Positions 62,429 through 64,000 of a DNA stretch of 64,000 nt are shown here, in pieces (positions within the stretch are counted from its first letter, which is position 1; each line of letters begins with the position of its first letter). This DNA comes from Selaginella moellendorffii (Eukaryota; Plantae; Lycopodiophyta). The notes beneath the pieces are model-generated. The model saw only the letters and a program-made list of their open reading frames with translations. It ran no database searches and was not told the origin of the DNA. The DNA is taken from NCBI RefSeq assembly GCF_000143415.4, contig NW_003314339.1, forward strand, positions 55,751 to 119,750, in the 5' to 3' direction. The translations under genes were made by a program, and so were the position numbers.

Positions 62429-62655
62429 TATGTTTTGTGAGATCCCATAAATCCGCTTAAAACAACAGACTGCACTCAACTCGATCCCAGTGCCCGGCCC
62501 CCATTTTCTCTTTTCTCGCGCGGATCATAGCCGAGCGCCGAAGAAGAACACAAAGCCATCGAAATGCTGGCATCGGATCTCCGAATCAGGCACTCAATAG
62601 TGAGGATCTGCTGCGGGTCTTCACGCAGAGGCGAACTGCTGCTGTTCCTGCTCGT

Positions 62656-62871
62656 GTGATGGCACCTCCTGCTGAGCGCTCTGTGATGCCTGCCAGGGAT
62701 CCATTTGGACCTGCCCCCATGGAGCTTGATGCGGCGTCCCATACTCTTCTCCCTGAAGAACGACAATGTCATATCTCCCTTGGTGTATGCATATACTGCG
62801 GCGAACCTGGTCACCGTCTTCCTACTTGTCCCAAGCGTCCACAGGCCAGTGGAGATAGTTGCAGTGCATGA
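62656..62871 (+). mobile_element. Ty3/Gypsy gag C-terminal fragment (chromovirus-like)
   Basis: GPAPMELDA...EERQ...LGVCIYCGEPGHRLPTCP (PMELD plus CCHC knuckle). Confidence 0.8.
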
Positions 62872-63234
62872 AGCTGTTCTTGACCCTGTACAACCTTCAA
62901 ACGGTCTACAGCAAGGAGGCGAAAATCTGCAATATAGACCAAGGCCAATCAATTACCCTGCGAGAGTTGCCGAATCTTGATGGTTCGATCCGTGTCACCA
63001 AAACATGCCGAGATCTGCACCAAGTTGAATAGCGACAACGTGCATGTTCTCCAAGAGATCAATTTGGAAGGACCGGAGTTTACCATGTCTACCATTGAGG
63101 AGCTGCCTATTTGCGATTAAAGCACCAGATCACGCTGAGATGCTATGGGCGGTTGGACTGGCCTGGGTAGGTGGCAGATAAACTTGCTCCGTTGTTTAAT
63201 CTGTAGGGCTGGGCTCCTCATATGTAGATTGGAC

Positions 63235-63930
63235 GCTTGCACTTTTGCAAAGGTGTTTGCCAGCCTGGCTGAAAAAGAATGGGCCGTATGCACAAAGGTC
63301 AAGCAGGCTTTTGCAAGTATTATTCGCATCTTGTTCGAACTGCTACGTTTCATGCAAACTGAGTGCTACTCCTGGGTTATGTTGATTTAACCAAAACTTT
63401 CGACTGTGTCCCACGGCATCTTTTGGTTTGGCGTCTGCTGGAACTCCAAATCCCCACCTCCCTCGTAGAGTGGAATTATACAAGGCTTTGCATTTGCAAA
63501 TAGCAGATAGCCAGTTGCTTGGGGGTTTGGCCCCCTCTCACCGAAGTTGTTTGCAATCTATATGGATGTGCTAGAGACTATGCTGCAGAGCAAGGCCCCT
63601 ACGCTATACCAACTCTCAGACATGTATCTCTATGTACTATTTACTACATGCTATTGCCGGCCGGAACAGCGCAACTGTGAATTCAGGGCATGGAAGTAAA
63701 CCATGCCAAAGCCCAAATCATGGGTTTTGTTAGACCTGCAGATATAGAATGCTTCTACCAGGGAGATCAGCTCACCATAGTGGACAGATATAAGTACCCT
63801 GGGTATGTAATACATAGGACCCATCCGTGGAAAGTAGGCATAGCTGACTGAATTGCAGCTCCTTGTTGCATTGCAATCAGATTGCCATTTTGCTCGGGTC
63901 ACAAGCTGGAGTGCAAAACACCAGTACTTT
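63235..63930 (-). repeat. Degenerate dispersed repeat, partner of 55995-56690
   Basis: Reverse-complement blocks match the partner feature. Confidence 0.8.
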
Positions 63931-64000
63931 CTAACCAAGTTACCACTATTATGCTGTGTTTGTGAGGTCACAACAATCCTGGGATGGCTAAATCTTCGTG

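Overview
Eukaryotic (plant) nuclear DNA, most likely a lycophyte such as Selaginella. This is inferred from the PLS-type PPR repeat style, very short (~45-70 nt) GT-AG introns, Crinkler-like genes and a chromovirus-type gag; it is not proven. The window is TE-rich and gene-decaying, with three N gaps. Main contents: (1) a ~1.75-kb-arm inverted duplication (21-4231) carrying a broken Crinkler/CR-NTPase gene, with a hAT end in its spacer; (2) a three-level nest of one apparently non-autonomous LTR family whose ~1.7-kb LTRs contain 12-mer/6-mer minisatellites (8251-24733), which explains all the low-complexity ORFs there; (3) three paralogues of a secreted protein with an unrecognised N-terminal domain plus a C-terminal GNA/bulb-type lectin, each disrupted by a different lesion; (4) apparently intact genes for a pathogen-related protein, a PPR protein and a dirigent protein; (5) a second Crinkler-like pseudogene; (6) eroded copies of a DDX31/RH17 helicase, ACX3, a 2OG-Fe(II) oxygenase and an M16 peptidase; (7) a decayed Copia, two MITEs with atypical target-site duplications, and a dispersed ~180-bp mini-LTR. 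All family calls come from motif recognition by eye; no searches were run, and some boundaries are approximate.
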